64,000 bases of DNA from Nitrososphaerota archaeon (GCA_021159365.1 JAGGRY010000003.1:385-64384); one strand, 5' to 3'; shown: positions 28,580 to 38,395, counted from the stretch's first letter. Numbers and translations: made by a program. Notes: a model not told the origin generated them from the sequence alone.

Positions 28580-29503
28580 GTGGGGGAAATCGTAATAGGA
28601 TGCGGTGGATGGCAGTATTTCATAATCCCGAATGTGGATCCGTTAAAAGCCTATTCCATGGCGTTTAGATTCGTTGAGGTCAATTCAACCTTCTATAGGA
28701 TTCCCCCAATAGACTTGGTGAAGTCTTGGCGTAGAAGAGTTCCAAAGGACTTCGAGTTCTCGGTTAGACTCAATAGGCTGATAAGTCATGTCGAGAAAAT
28801 AAATCCAACGGAGAAGGTGGTTAAAGCATTTCAAGATTGCATTGAGGTGGCTGAAATTCTTAAATCAAAGATATTGGTTCTTGAAACCCCTAAGTCCTTC
28901 GATCCAATAAAGGCGATAAACAGATTAAAGAACCTTCTCAAGAAAGTGGATATTAGAGACATCAGGATAGCTTGGGAGCCCAGATCGGGATGGCCCCCGA
29001 AAGCAGTTGAGGAGGCGATTAAGCTTAAGCTCATCCCGATAACAGATTACTCGATCAGAGAACCACCATATGATGACGAGGAAATAGCTTATACGAGGCT
29101 ATTTGGAAAGGGAAGACATAACATATACCAGTTCACAGATGAGGATCTAATCAAGATAAAGGAGAGAGCTGAGAGGAGAAGGTCAAAAAAGGTTTATCTA
29201 AGCTTCCATGGAATAAGGATGTATCTCGACGCCGCCAGACTTGAGAGATTCATAAAGAAAGGCGAACTTCCGAGAGTAACTAAAAGCTATGGTATAGATT
29301 CTCTTGCAGAAATCCTCATCGACGCAAAATTTCCGGCAACGAAAGAGGAACTCGTGAGAAGACATGGATGGAAGCTAATAGACATAGACGAGAAGACCAG
29401 AGTCCCGGCCAGCGTAATCCTCAAACAGCTTAGAAGGAAGAATTATAGGAGTTTGGAGGAATTGTTGAGAGAGCTTAGAATGAGATTTGAGAATGGCAAC
29501 TAA
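28580..29503 (+). CDS. divergent DUF72 protein with C-terminal DUF2795-like module
   Basis: 307 aa. VIGCGGWQY..FRFVEVNSTFYRIPP..PKDFEFSVRLNRLISH is the DUF72 core. C-terminal AKFPATKEELVRRHGW..NYRSLEELLREL resembles DUF2795 (nt about 29285-29479). Confidence 0.7.
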   Translation: MGEIVIGCGGWQYFIIPNVDPLKAYSMAFRFVEVNSTFYRIPPIDLVKSWRRRVPKDFEFSVRLNRLISHVEKINPTEKVVKAFQDCIEVAEILKSKILVLETPKSFDPIKAINRLKNLLKKVDIRDIRIAWEPRSGWPPKAVEEAIKLKLIPITDYSIREPPYDDEEIAYTRLFGKGRHNIYQFTDEDLIKIKERAERRRSKKVYLSFHGIRMYLDAARLERFIKKGELPRVTKSYGIDSLAEILIDAKFPATKEELVRRHGWKLIDIDEKTRVPASVILKQLRRKNYRSLEELLRELRMRFENGN

Positions 29504-29562
29504 ATTCTTTCATTAATTGTGTTAAGGTTTTTAAGCGTCGGATTTAATCTATTTCCAAAAGA

Positions 29563-32370
29563 ATGGACGGAAGAGCTATAATGAAACATAGACGTGAAAT
29601 CATCTACCTATTCATGACTTTATTCATCTTAGTTTTAATCCAAACAGCATCCGCGGAACAATCCTATTCGATAGATGTAATTGGGGTCGCGTTTGACCAT
29701 TATCAGATAACTTTGAAGATAATCCCGTCCGGGATAGAGGTCTTAGATAGGGCTGTAAGAGATGCGATCAGCATATGGAATAATGCGTTAAAGGAATTTG
29801 CATCGCTATATGAGTATGATTATCTATCGAAGATTGAGTTAAAGATAGTTAATGAGACGTCAGATATATCTGTAAGATACGTCGACAATCTTAGCAACGC
29901 ATGCGGGGACGCAACGCTAAACTATATGCTCGATGGGAGAATTCAGAGAGTTGAGATAAAGATCTCTAGGAAATGCGTTGACCTGAACCATAGCCTAGCG
30001 TTAACGGTTGCTGAGCATGAGATCGGACATGCTCTAGGACTCGGACATACGGAATGTGAAGATGACCTAATGTATAGTCGTCTAAGAGGATTTAGAAAGC
30101 CGTCAACCCTAGATCTATATGCTCTCTCAGTGGTCTATGAATGGATCAAGGATGGCGAATTCCATCCGCCCAAAGTCACTAGAGTAGAGTTGCCGAAGAG
30201 TATAACCTTTGCATACCTTCCGATGCAGGAAAATAGAGTGACGATAAGATTTTGGATGAAGTCTGAATTTGGAAAATCTCTCCTAACTGAGATAGTTACC
30301 ACTAAGGGTCAGCTGGTCACGTATAGAGCGGATGAGATCAAAGAGTATCGTAATGAGACGCGGTTCGTCTTTAAGGGATGGTATCGCGGCGATGAGCTCA
30401 TCACAACGAAGCCAGCCATATCCATAAACGCTACTGTCGACGCGGATTACTATGCATACTATGACGTCGAATATCATGTTGACGTAAATCTAGGATATGA
30501 GAAGATCTCTGAATGGATTAGGAGGGGCGATGAACTCAAAATAGAGGCTCTTAAAACTAAGGAGCTTTTAAACAATACTAGACTCATATTCGAGAGATGG
30601 AGCGGAGACTTCGAAGGAATGAGCAGATTCGTCAAGATCACGGTTTATGCGCCTATAAAGGCTTCAGCCATATGGAGAAGACAGTATAAAGTCTACGTCA
30701 CCTCGGATCCTCCAGCCATATCAGAGATAATTGGAGATGGATGGTATGATAAGGGCTCAAACGCCGTGATCAAGATCTTGAAGCCGGTCACATTTTTGAA
30801 TGATGGTGAGAGCAAGGCGGTTGTAGGAGAAATCCTCGCGGATTACGAGCTGAAGAATTATGAAGATCTGAAATTCGAGAATGTCTCAGAGGTCTCGCTT
30901 AAAGTATACTCTCCCATATTTGTCGCGGTAAGATGGCGATTCTATCATCACGTCCTAATCTCGTCAGATTACGTTAAGCCGATAATAGCAGATGACTGGA
31001 TTTTGGATGGAGACTTCGCAAAATATGAGGTCCCAAAGGAGTATAGATGGGATAATGGAACTATGGTTAAATTTGAGAAATGGGTTGGAGATAAGACCTC
31101 TGATCTAAACGTCATAAAATTTCAGGTTAAGAAGCCCATCAGAATAAGAGTTAAGTGGAGGATATTTTACTTGGTTAAATACGAGTCGGCTTACCCGATC
31201 TCGACAAATCTCCCAAACTCATCTACTTGGATCGAAAAAGGCTCAAGCATCTACCTTAATGCCTCACCAACAATCAGATTGCTCGGCGAGGGAATCAGGG
31301 TAGTGTTTGAGGGCTGGAAGGGAACATTATCTCAAACACTGCCATACCTCATGGTAAGAGAGATAGATCGTCCATTGGATCTGAGAGCGGAATGGAAGAA
31401 GCAATACCTCTTATCTATTCGCGCTCCAGATGAAGCCGGAATACAGGATGAGGTTTGGATGGATTCTGGAGCAAGTTATGAAGTCTATGCCCCACCGGTA
31501 ATTCCATTATCGAATACTACCAGGCTTGTCTTCACAGGATGGATGGGATATGACTGCGCCGATCTACTATGCAATATAACCTCCATCTCTAAACCGATAA
31601 ACTTGGAAGCTAGATATAGATATGAGTGGCTCGCGAAAATCCATACGATAGGATATGATGGAGAGCCGGTTGAAGGGGTGAATCTAGTTCTTAAATGTGG
31701 AGAGGATTCCATAAAACTCGGCTCAGATTCGGCCACATGGATCTATGAAGGTAATTGGTTCATCGAGAACGCCACTTGGAGAGGATTCGATGTATCTCCT
31801 AGACAATCGATCTACATCGAGAAGAATCTCCAAGACATATCCATCCCGGTTAAGGTGTTTAAGGCCGGATTCAGGGTAACCGATTACCTGGGATTTCCCG
31901 TAGAGGATGCTGAAGTTGTCGTGAGCTTGATGAATGGCACCGTGTTGTATGAGGGGAAGACTGGAAGCGATGGAGAAATTTGGAATATGGGTCCACTTCC
32001 ACCATGCGACTTGATAGTTGAAGTGAAGTACCTCTGGTTCAATTCCAGTAGGATGTTCAATATTAGAGACAGTAGGCCGATTATAGTCACAGTTCCAATA
32101 TCCTTGACAACAATTTACATCTCAGTCGGAATAGTATCCTTATTCACAGCCTTGATGATATTCGCGGCATATAGGAAAAAGAGGGAGATGCTTAAACAAG
32201 AATATCGAGAATATTATGAGATTCCGCCAGAATATCCTCCTCCACCGCCGGTCATGGAAGAGGAAGAAGGAGCGGAAGAGCATGCCGTTGTATCGGTTGA
32301 AGATGTTTTGAAGGAGATTGATGATGAAGAGTTGAAGAAACTTCTCAAAGAGAGAAAAAGAAGGAGTTAA
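29563..32370 (+). CDS. membrane-anchored secreted metzincin (matrixin-like zinc protease) with tandem beta-repeat stalk
   Basis: 935 aa. Signal peptide LFMTLFILVLIQTASA, zinc site HEIGHALGLGH (30016-30048) plus Met-turn DDLMY, six 75-80-aa repeats with F-x-x-W-x-G (aa about 230-690), two carboxypeptidase-regulatory-like modules, a C-terminal TM helix (about 32098-32172), and a Pro/Glu-rich cytoplasmic tail. Confidence 0.8.
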   Translation: MDGRAIMKHRREIIYLFMTLFILVLIQTASAEQSYSIDVIGVAFDHYQITLKIIPSGIEVLDRAVRDAISIWNNALKEFASLYEYDYLSKIELKIVNETSDISVRYVDNLSNACGDATLNYMLDGRIQRVEIKISRKCVDLNHSLALTVAEHEIGHALGLGHTECEDDLMYSRLRGFRKPSTLDLYALSVVYEWIKDGEFHPPKVTRVELPKSITFAYLPMQENRVTIRFWMKSEFGKSLLTEIVTTKGQLVTYRADEIKEYRNETRFVFKGWYRGDELITTKPAISINATVDADYYAYYDVEYHVDVNLGYEKISEWIRRGDELKIEALKTKELLNNTRLIFERWSGDFEGMSRFVKITVYAPIKASAIWRRQYKVYVTSDPPAISEIIGDGWYDKGSNAVIKILKPVTFLNDGESKAVVGEILADYELKNYEDLKFENVSEVSLKVYSPIFVAVRWRFYHHVLISSDYVKPIIADDWILDGDFAKYEVPKEYRWDNGTMVKFEKWVGDKTSDLNVIKFQVKKPIRIRVKWRIFYLVKYESAYPISTNLPNSSTWIEKGSSIYLNASPTIRLLGEGIRVVFEGWKGTLSQTLPYLMVREIDRPLDLRAEWKKQYLLSIRAPDEAGIQDEVWMDSGASYEVYAPPVIPLSNTTRLVFTGWMGYDCADLLCNITSISKPINLEARYRYEWLAKIHTIGYDGEPVEGVNLVLKCGEDSIKLGSDSATWIYEGNWFIENATWRGFDVSPRQSIYIEKNLQDISIPVKVFKAGFRVTDYLGFPVEDAEVVVSLMNGTVLYEGKTGSDGEIWNMGPLPPCDLIVEVKYLWFNSSRMFNIRDSRPIIVTVPISLTTIYISVGIVSLFTALMIFAAYRKKREMLKQEYREYYEIPPEYPPPPPVMEEEEGAEEHAVVSVEDVLKEIDDEELKKLLKERKRRS

Positions 32371-33233
32371 CGTGAATGTTTTAGGATGAAACTTCCTATT
32401 GGAGCGCCGACCATCCTTGCCACAATAGGGCATTTCACCATCAAGATAAAGAATGAGTCAGCTTCATCATGGTAGGCCTCGAAGTTCGCCTGCCCTTTAA
32501 ACACTCTTAGATCGTGTTCTCTTATCCAGCTTCTAACGGTCTCGCTTGACATCCATGGCCCAGTTCCCTCGGTTCCATTGGAGACACATCTAACCTTGAC
32601 GTTCGGAAGCTTATCTAGGCCAACGTACTCTACATCTTCTGGAATGACATCGCTCATCGCAGGCCCTCCCTTGACTACCAGGGTGATCGATTTAAATGGC
32701 TTGGATCTGATGTCAAGCATGGCCTCTATCAGCAATCTGTCGAAGACGATCTCTCCAGCATTATCAAGGAAGCATATCAAGTCCTCAGCCCCTAAAACTT
32801 TCTCTCTAAATTCTCCATAATCATTAATCGCCAACCGCCCCTTCATAGCCTTCTCAATCGATTCGTGTAAGTCCGGCTGAACATACGCTCCAAAATCTAT
32901 CGAGTTCCCGGCCGCCGATAACTTGACAGCGGTCTCTAACCTGTCAGCGGAGTTCTCGATCATCTTTTTCAACTTTGGATAAATTTTGAGGACCATGTCG
33001 TTACTCTTCTTCCTGAACTCTTTGAATGGATCAGGATTTCCCGTCACCTTAGTAATCACGTTGTTCACGATGAAGGCGAACTCCACTGGTATTGAGTCCC
33101 AGTTGATGGATTCAAGAGCCTTGATGACTTCAATCATTATCTTTCTCTGCAGCTCGATATCTTTAGTAATCAACCTAGCATTGCGTGACGCCATCTTCAA
33201 GGCGCAGGAGAGGCAGTCAAGATCTATCTTCAA
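32367..33233 (-). CDS. DUF89 (ARMT1-like damage-control phosphatase) family protein
   Basis: 288 aa. N-terminal CLSCALKMA, DNAGEIVFDRLL, and KGQANFEAY are typical DUF89 motifs. Confidence 0.75.
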   Translation of the reverse strand: MKIDLDCLSCALKMASRNARLITKDIELQRKIMIEVIKALESINWDSIPVEFAFIVNNVITKVTGNPDPFKEFRKKSNDMVLKIYPKLKKMIENSADRLETAVKLSAAGNSIDFGAYVQPDLHESIEKAMKGRLAINDYGEFREKVLGAEDLICFLDNAGEIVFDRLLIEAMLDIRSKPFKSITLVVKGGPAMSDVIPEDVEYVGLDKLPNVKVRCVSNGTEGTGPWMSSETVRSWIREHDLRVFKGQANFEAYHDEADSFFILMVKCPIVARMVGAPIGSFILKHSR

Positions 33234-33262
33234 AGCTGCTTAACCCATTTAACAGGCTCTAT

Positions 33263-34492
33263 TTAGCTTATCTCTTCCATTGAAAGCAGGCGGTAGCGGT
33301 ACAGCGGCTTTCTCAAGACTTTAGGTAATCCGAGCTTCTCTCCTCTCTTAAGAGGCTTAAGAGACTTTCCAAAGAATTTATTGAAAGATGAGAGATCGTC
33401 TAAAACGCTTATTCCCGCAAAAATATCGATGTATGGTAGGGCAGTGAGCATCCCAATTGTTAAGGGTTTGTAGCCTGGTTTATCAGCATATGGGTTTAGC
33501 CAGACTATTCTGCCAGCCATTTCCTTCAACTTCTGCATGCTTAATCTCAGAAGCTTAGGTTCTCCCGTATCCCATCCATCACTTATTATTATCACGGTCG
33601 TATTTCTATCAACCATTCCACAATTCTCCTTCAGAAATAGCATTAAGCATCTTCCGATCTTTGTTCCGCTTCCCCACATATCAGCCCAACGCCAGATAAG
33701 CTCAACGACTTGTTCCGGAGAACTCTTCGTCAGGATCTCAGTGGCCCTAAATAGTCTCGTGCTGAATAAGAAGCACTCAACGTTATGGTGATATCGGCAG
33801 AGGGTATGCATTATCTTTAGGAGCCAATCCGAGTAGCTATCCATGGATCCACTTACATCTATTAACAGGATTATCTTGGTTCTTGTCTTCTTTCTCTTGA
33901 TTTTCATGAATTTCAAGATCTCTCCAAAGGTTGAGTAGCTCGCCCTAATGCTCTTCCAGACATCTATCTCTCCACGTTTGTCTCTCTCAAATCTTCTGCC
34001 CCTCATTAAGGCGAGTCTTCTCCTAAGTCTCTTAATTATTCTCCTAATCTCGGTGATCTCAGCTGGCTTCGGTGGATTGAGCCGTTTCCTAGAGATAACA
34101 TCGGATGGGCTGTAAGAGAACCATGATCTCCTGTTCATCTTTCCAGATCTATCATCTCTAAAGACGAATTGATCCGCTCCCCTAGATGCTTCTCCCATTT
34201 CATCGCAGAAGGTTAGATCGCTTTCACCTTTCTTGAATTTACCCTCCTCATCGACTTGAACCTCGGATTTCGAGGCTTTTTTGAAAGATTTCACGAGCAT
34301 TTGAGCAGCTTCCCTGCTTTTAGCCAACGTTAACTTCAATGCATTCAGTACATCTTCCCTATTTTCGAGATCGATGTGCTTTAGGGCGTTTGCGGCGTCG
34401 ATCACTTCTGCGACGCTACATCTTATTCCATTTCTTCTAAGCTGGTTTGCGGCGTTTACGGCCAGTTTCGCGATCTCATCTAAGCTCTTCAT
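33263..34492 (-). CDS. VWA-domain protein (CoxE-like)
   Basis: 409 aa. MIDAS LLIDVSGSMDS and downstream IIISDGWDTGEP. Overlaps the MoxR ATPase gene by 17 nt. Confidence 0.8.
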   Translation of the reverse strand: MKSLDEIAKLAVNAANQLRRNGIRCSVAEVIDAANALKHIDLENREDVLNALKLTLAKSREAAQMLVKSFKKASKSEVQVDEEGKFKKGESDLTFCDEMGEASRGADQFVFRDDRSGKMNRRSWFSYSPSDVISRKRLNPPKPAEITEIRRIIKRLRRRLALMRGRRFERDKRGEIDVWKSIRASYSTFGEILKFMKIKRKKTRTKIILLIDVSGSMDSYSDWLLKIMHTLCRYHHNVECFLFSTRLFRATEILTKSSPEQVVELIWRWADMWGSGTKIGRCLMLFLKENCGMVDRNTTVIIISDGWDTGEPKLLRLSMQKLKEMAGRIVWLNPYADKPGYKPLTIGMLTALPYIDIFAGISVLDDLSSFNKFFGKSLKPLKRGEKLGLPKVLRKPLYRYRLLSMEEIS

Positions 34493-35408
34493 CTATGTTG
34501 AACTTCACCTCCTCTAATAATGCTTCAACATCTATGTTCTTCAAGTCGTCGCTGCTCTTCAGAAGCACGCTTAAAGTCTCCCTAACCACCTTTGGAGTTA
34601 ATTCCTCGACTCCAAGCTCCCTTAAGGCCAGCGCCCAATCAAGCGTCTCAGAGATCCCAGGCTTCTTGAATATCTCTGGAGATAAGCGGAGTCTTTGGAC
34701 GAATTCGATCACCTCTCTGGCAAGTCTATCGCTTATACCTGACACCTTTAACTTGACTATTCTAAGCTCCTTCTCGAATGGTGGATAAGTTAGATATAGG
34801 TAGAGACATCTCCTCCTAAGCCCCTCGCCTATCTCCCTAGTCCTATTTGATGTTATTATCACGATCGGCTTCTTCCTCGCCTTAATCGTCCCGATCTCCG
34901 GGATCGTGACCTGGAACTCGGCTAAAAACTCTAGGAGGAATCCTTCAAACTCCTCGTCGGCCCTATCTATCTCATCGATTAAGAGCACTGCAGGCAATGG
35001 CCCATCATGCAACAATGCCTTCAATAGTGGCCTCTTTAGGAGAAACTTCTCGCTGAATATCTCTTCTTCGACCTCCATCAAATCCCTTCTATTCTCCATC
35101 ATCTTGATGTAGAGTAATTGTTTCGGATAATTCCATTCATAGATCGTTGAAGAGGAGTCTAATCCCTCATAGCATTGAAGTCTTATTAGCTCCGTTCTAA
35201 GCATATTCGCCAAAACCTTCGCTATATCCGTCTTGCCGCATCCCGGCTCACCTTCGATTAATAGCGGTTTTTCAAGTTTTATCGCGAGATATATTGCCGT
35301 CGCTATCTCCCTATCGGCGATGTAAAGCTGTTTAGCCATCTCCTCAATTATCTTGTCAATCGTTAATCCATCGAGTAGCGTCATCCGCTTTAAAGCTGGA
35401 TCTTCCAT
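34476..35408 (-). CDS. MoxR-like AAA+ ATPase
   Basis: 310 aa. Walker A GEPGCGKTDIAK, Walker B LLIDEIDRADE, ITSNRT sensor region. Confidence 0.88.
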   Translation of the reverse strand: MEDPALKRMTLLDGLTIDKIIEEMAKQLYIADREIATAIYLAIKLEKPLLIEGEPGCGKTDIAKVLANMLRTELIRLQCYEGLDSSSTIYEWNYPKQLLYIKMMENRRDLMEVEEEIFSEKFLLKRPLLKALLHDGPLPAVLLIDEIDRADEEFEGFLLEFLAEFQVTIPEIGTIKARKKPIVIITSNRTREIGEGLRRRCLYLYLTYPPFEKELRIVKLKVSGISDRLAREVIEFVQRLRLSPEIFKKPGISETLDWALALRELGVEELTPKVVRETLSVLLKSSDDLKNIDVEALLEEVKFNIDEELR

Positions 35409-35438
35409 GATTTAACATTTTTAGGATATTATCTGGAT

Positions 35439-36647
35439 TTATGGTCGGCTTCTCCTCAAGGATAGTATTGAGAGTATTAGGATGGGCGCTAGTAGCAATA
35501 GGATTAGAGGAGTGGGATTTATCCTCAGTCCCATAAAATCCAAGATTATTCCTTGGAATAGATCATAAGACCAGCCGAAGATGAGCAGCCCTACAACGGT
35601 CCCGAAATTCATGAAAGAGTTTACGAGGCCTATAGTCATCCCGGCTCGCCCTCGATACGACGTCGCCAATCTTCTGGATAATGGTGTATAGGCTTTCCAG
35701 CTAACTCCAGCTGCGAGTAAGCCGATGAATATTGCTTGATAGCTTTTCACGGCGAGTAGGAATGGAGCTAAACATGTCATAAATGCTATGATGATTATTG
35801 CGTAGTCTTCTGAGACCTTATCCGCTATGACGTTTATTGGGATGCTTGCAATCAACCCTAAGATCCCCGTTAAGCCCAGGATTAAAGCTGAAAGCTCCTT
35901 AGAGAGATTTGCGAACTCGCTTAAATAAACGTAAATAGGGTCGCCGACCAATATGGCTCCTATTAATGCGACTATAAAGGATGTCAAGAGAAGTGGATGA
36001 ACTGAGAGCTTCCCTTTCCCAGACTCTCCCCGAACTTTTACATCCTTTACTTGGATCTTTACCTGAATAGATCTTATCGCCAGATATGTTAGGGGAGCTG
36101 CTGCAGCAGAGAGGATGAATGCTATTAGGAAGATGTAGGAGGAGTTTATTGGAGCAATTATGCTGTAAAGGAGGTTTCCCACGAAGACGCCTACAGATCC
36201 TAAAGCGAAGTAGATCGCGAGAGCTGTTCCTCTCCACTCGATCGGCGTATTTGAGGCTATTGAGACTTGGATGAAGACCCAGAAAAATCCATTCACGACC
36301 CCGTGAAGGATCCTCAAGATCAGGAAGAACGTGAATGATTTGAGATAATTGTAAAGAATTAGGATTATTGAGCCCACTATCGGGAGAACAGGGATCATCG
36401 TCTTCAATCTTCTCTTATCGATGAAGTATCCGGCTAAGGGCGCTGCTAAGGCTCTAGCGGAGAGAAAGGCCATCGATAAGATGCTCAAGAAGCCCATCGA
36501 GAGCATAAGCTCTGTTCTAGCATAATATGCGACGGCTGGGATCGCCGCTCTAAAGGCCGCCGTCCCCAAAAAAGCTATCAAGAACATTAATAGGAGCCAT
36601 CCACTACTTAGAAGCTCTTTAAGCCTAGTCAGTGAAGATAAATCCAT
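35439..36647 (-). CDS. MFS transporter
   Basis: 402 aa with about 12 predicted TM segments and a GYFIDKRRLK loop 2-3 motif. Confidence 0.8.
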   Translation of the reverse strand: MDLSSLTRLKELLSSGWLLLMFLIAFLGTAAFRAAIPAVAYYARTELMLSMGFLSILSMAFLSARALAAPLAGYFIDKRRLKTMIPVLPIVGSIILILYNYLKSFTFFLILRILHGVVNGFFWVFIQVSIASNTPIEWRGTALAIYFALGSVGVFVGNLLYSIIAPINSSYIFLIAFILSAAAAPLTYLAIRSIQVKIQVKDVKVRGESGKGKLSVHPLLLTSFIVALIGAILVGDPIYVYLSEFANLSKELSALILGLTGILGLIASIPINVIADKVSEDYAIIIIAFMTCLAPFLLAVKSYQAIFIGLLAAGVSWKAYTPLSRRLATSYRGRAGMTIGLVNSFMNFGTVVGLLIFGWSYDLFQGIILDFMGLRINPTPLILLLLAPILILSILSLRRSRP

Positions 36648-36747
36648 CGGTTATCCTTCGAGGGAGCCACTTTTTAGGAATATCGTCGATGAAGATCCGC
36701 TCACAACCTATCGTCAAACTTGGTCGTTAGGGAATCCGAGGAGATAG

Positions 36748-36861
36748 ATGCTACATATCGGGCAGTTCAACATCATAGCTCTTCTCATGTCAACATGTCT
36801 AATAGCGGTTAGCCTACTGCTAATAATGCTAAAGGCTAGAAGCGTTAATAAGGTGGTCTAA
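36748..36861 (+). CDS. candidate 37-aa single-TM micro-protein
   Basis: ATG preceded by GAGGAG. MLHIGQFNIIALLMSTCLIAVSLLLIMLKARSVNKVV is one hydrophobic helix with a basic tail. Below the ORF-track length cutoff. Confidence 0.25.
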   Translation: MLHIGQFNIIALLMSTCLIAVSLLLIMLKARSVNKVV

Positions 36862-36878
36862 GCGGTCTATGACCTGAG

Positions 36879-37397
36879 ATGGGAGACCCTAAAAAGCCTA
36901 GAAAGCAGTACGAGACCCCCAAGCATCCGTGGAAAGCCGATAGACTCGCGGCTGAGCTACAATTGATAGGCGAATATGGATTGAGGAATAAGAGGGAGCT
37001 TTGGAGAGCTGAGACTATCCTAAGGAAGATTAGAGCACATGCGAGGAAGCTCTTCGCATTAACCGGCGAGAAGAGGGCCAAGGCGGAGAGAGAGCTTATT
37101 CACAGGCTTTGGAGGATGGGAATAGTTGAGGAGAACGCGACGGCGGACGACGTCTTAAAGCTGACCGTCAGAGATATCTTGGAGAGAAGACTTCAAACCA
37201 TGGTCTATAGGCTCGCCTTAGCCAAGACGATCTATCAGGCCAGGCAGCTCATAGTCCATGGACACGTCTATGTCGGAGATAGAAAAGTTAGATCACCAAG
37301 CTATCACGTCATGAGAGGAGAGGAGAGGCTGATAAGGGTCGCGATACCGATAATGAAGGAAGCTTCATCGGAAGAGGGAGAAGTCGAGGCGAGTTGA
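36879..37397 (+). CDS. rps4: 30S ribosomal protein uS4 (S4P)
   Basis: 172 aa. [29 protein letters not shown] and S4 RNA-binding domain [18 protein letters not shown]. Confidence 0.95.
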   Translation: MGDPKKPRKQYETPKHPWKADRLAAELQLIGEYGLRNKRELWRAETILRKIRAHARKLFALTGEKRAKAERELIHRLWRMGIVEENATADDVLKLTVRDILERRLQTMVYRLALAKTIYQARQLIVHGHVYVGDRKVRSPSYHVMRGEERLIRVAIPIMKEASSEEGEVEAS

Positions 37398-37404
37398 AGC
37401 TCCT

Positions 37405-37935
37405 TTACCCTCTTCTAGCGAGATAAACCATGTGTGGAAGCTCATCTATAAACTCCTCTAAGGCCAATCTTACCGCATCTGGAGAGCCTGGAAGACATAG
37501 AATCGCCTTTCCCGAAGCAACTCCCGCCGTTGCCCTCGTCAAAGCCGCCGCTGTCCCAACTCTCTGGTAGCTTAGCATTCTAAATAGTTCTCCAAATCCT
37601 TCAGCTTCTTTCTCGAAGAAAGGTCTAACGGCCTCTATGGTAACATCGCTTCTGGCCAATCCTGTTCCGCCGATAAAGATCACAACATCGACATCCTCTC
37701 TCCTTAACATCTCCAGCAGCTTCTCCCTAATCATCTCAATATCATCATCTATTATCTCTCCATGAACTACTCCATGACCTCTTCTCTCAATCACCTCGAC
37801 CGCCACCTTCATAGATATATCATCAACAGGTTCACCTCTAGTCTTTGCCTTGTATCTTGAGCTGCTCACCGTGAAGAGGGCGAACGCAAGCTTTCTCTCA
37901 GCGAGTTTCCTATGCTCTTCATGGGGTAAGGTCAT
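37405..37935 (-). CDS. moaB: molybdenum cofactor biosynthesis protein MoaB/MogA-type (molybdopterin adenylyltransferase)
   Basis: 176 aa. VIFIGGTGLARSDVT and CLPGSP motifs. Confidence 0.85.
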   Translation of the reverse strand: MTLPHEEHRKLAERKLAFALFTVSSSRYKAKTRGEPVDDISMKVAVEVIERRGHGVVHGEIIDDDIEMIREKLLEMLRREDVDVVIFIGGTGLARSDVTIEAVRPFFEKEAEGFGELFRMLSYQRVGTAAALTRATAGVASGKAILCLPGSPDAVRLALEEFIDELPHMVYLARRG

Positions 37936-37939
37936 TTTG

Positions 37940-38395
37940 TTAAGCCTCCTTTAACTTCTCTAGAACTTTGATTCCAGTTATCTCGGTTTCAGGATATTGC
38001 CCGCGTTCATCCTTCTCATACGCCTTAACAATGTCCCAGATATTCAATAATGCTATTGAGACCGCTGTCAATGCTTCCATCTCGACCCCGGTTCTCTCAC
38101 AGGCTTTAACTCTTGCTACAACCTCAACCCCATCATCCATCAATCGGGTCTCGATTAAGACGTTATCTATCTTAAGTTGGTGGCAGAGGGGAAGAAGCAT
38201 CGGGGTGAATTTCACGGCATTAATCCCTCCAAGCCTGGCCACTTGAAGTGGGTCACCTTTCTCAACTTTATTCTCTCTAATCCTCTTAACGGTTTCAGGT
38301 CTAAGCTTGATGAAACCTCTCGCAACCGCTTCTCTCCTAACCATGGGTTTATCCGACACGTCAACCTGCTTGATAGCCAATCCCCAACCCTCCAA
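37940..38395 (-). CDS. moaC: cyclic pyranopterin monophosphate synthase
   Basis: 151 aa. KGDPLQVARLGGINAVK..LPLCH..GVEMEALTAVSIALLNIWD are MoaC signatures. Confidence 0.92.
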   Translation of the reverse strand: MEGWGLAIKQVDVSDKPMVRREAVARGFIKLRPETVKRIRENKVEKGDPLQVARLGGINAVKFTPMLLPLCHQLKIDNVLIETRLMDDGVEVVARVKACERTGVEMEALTAVSIALLNIWDIVKAYEKDERGQYPETEITGIKVLEKLKEA

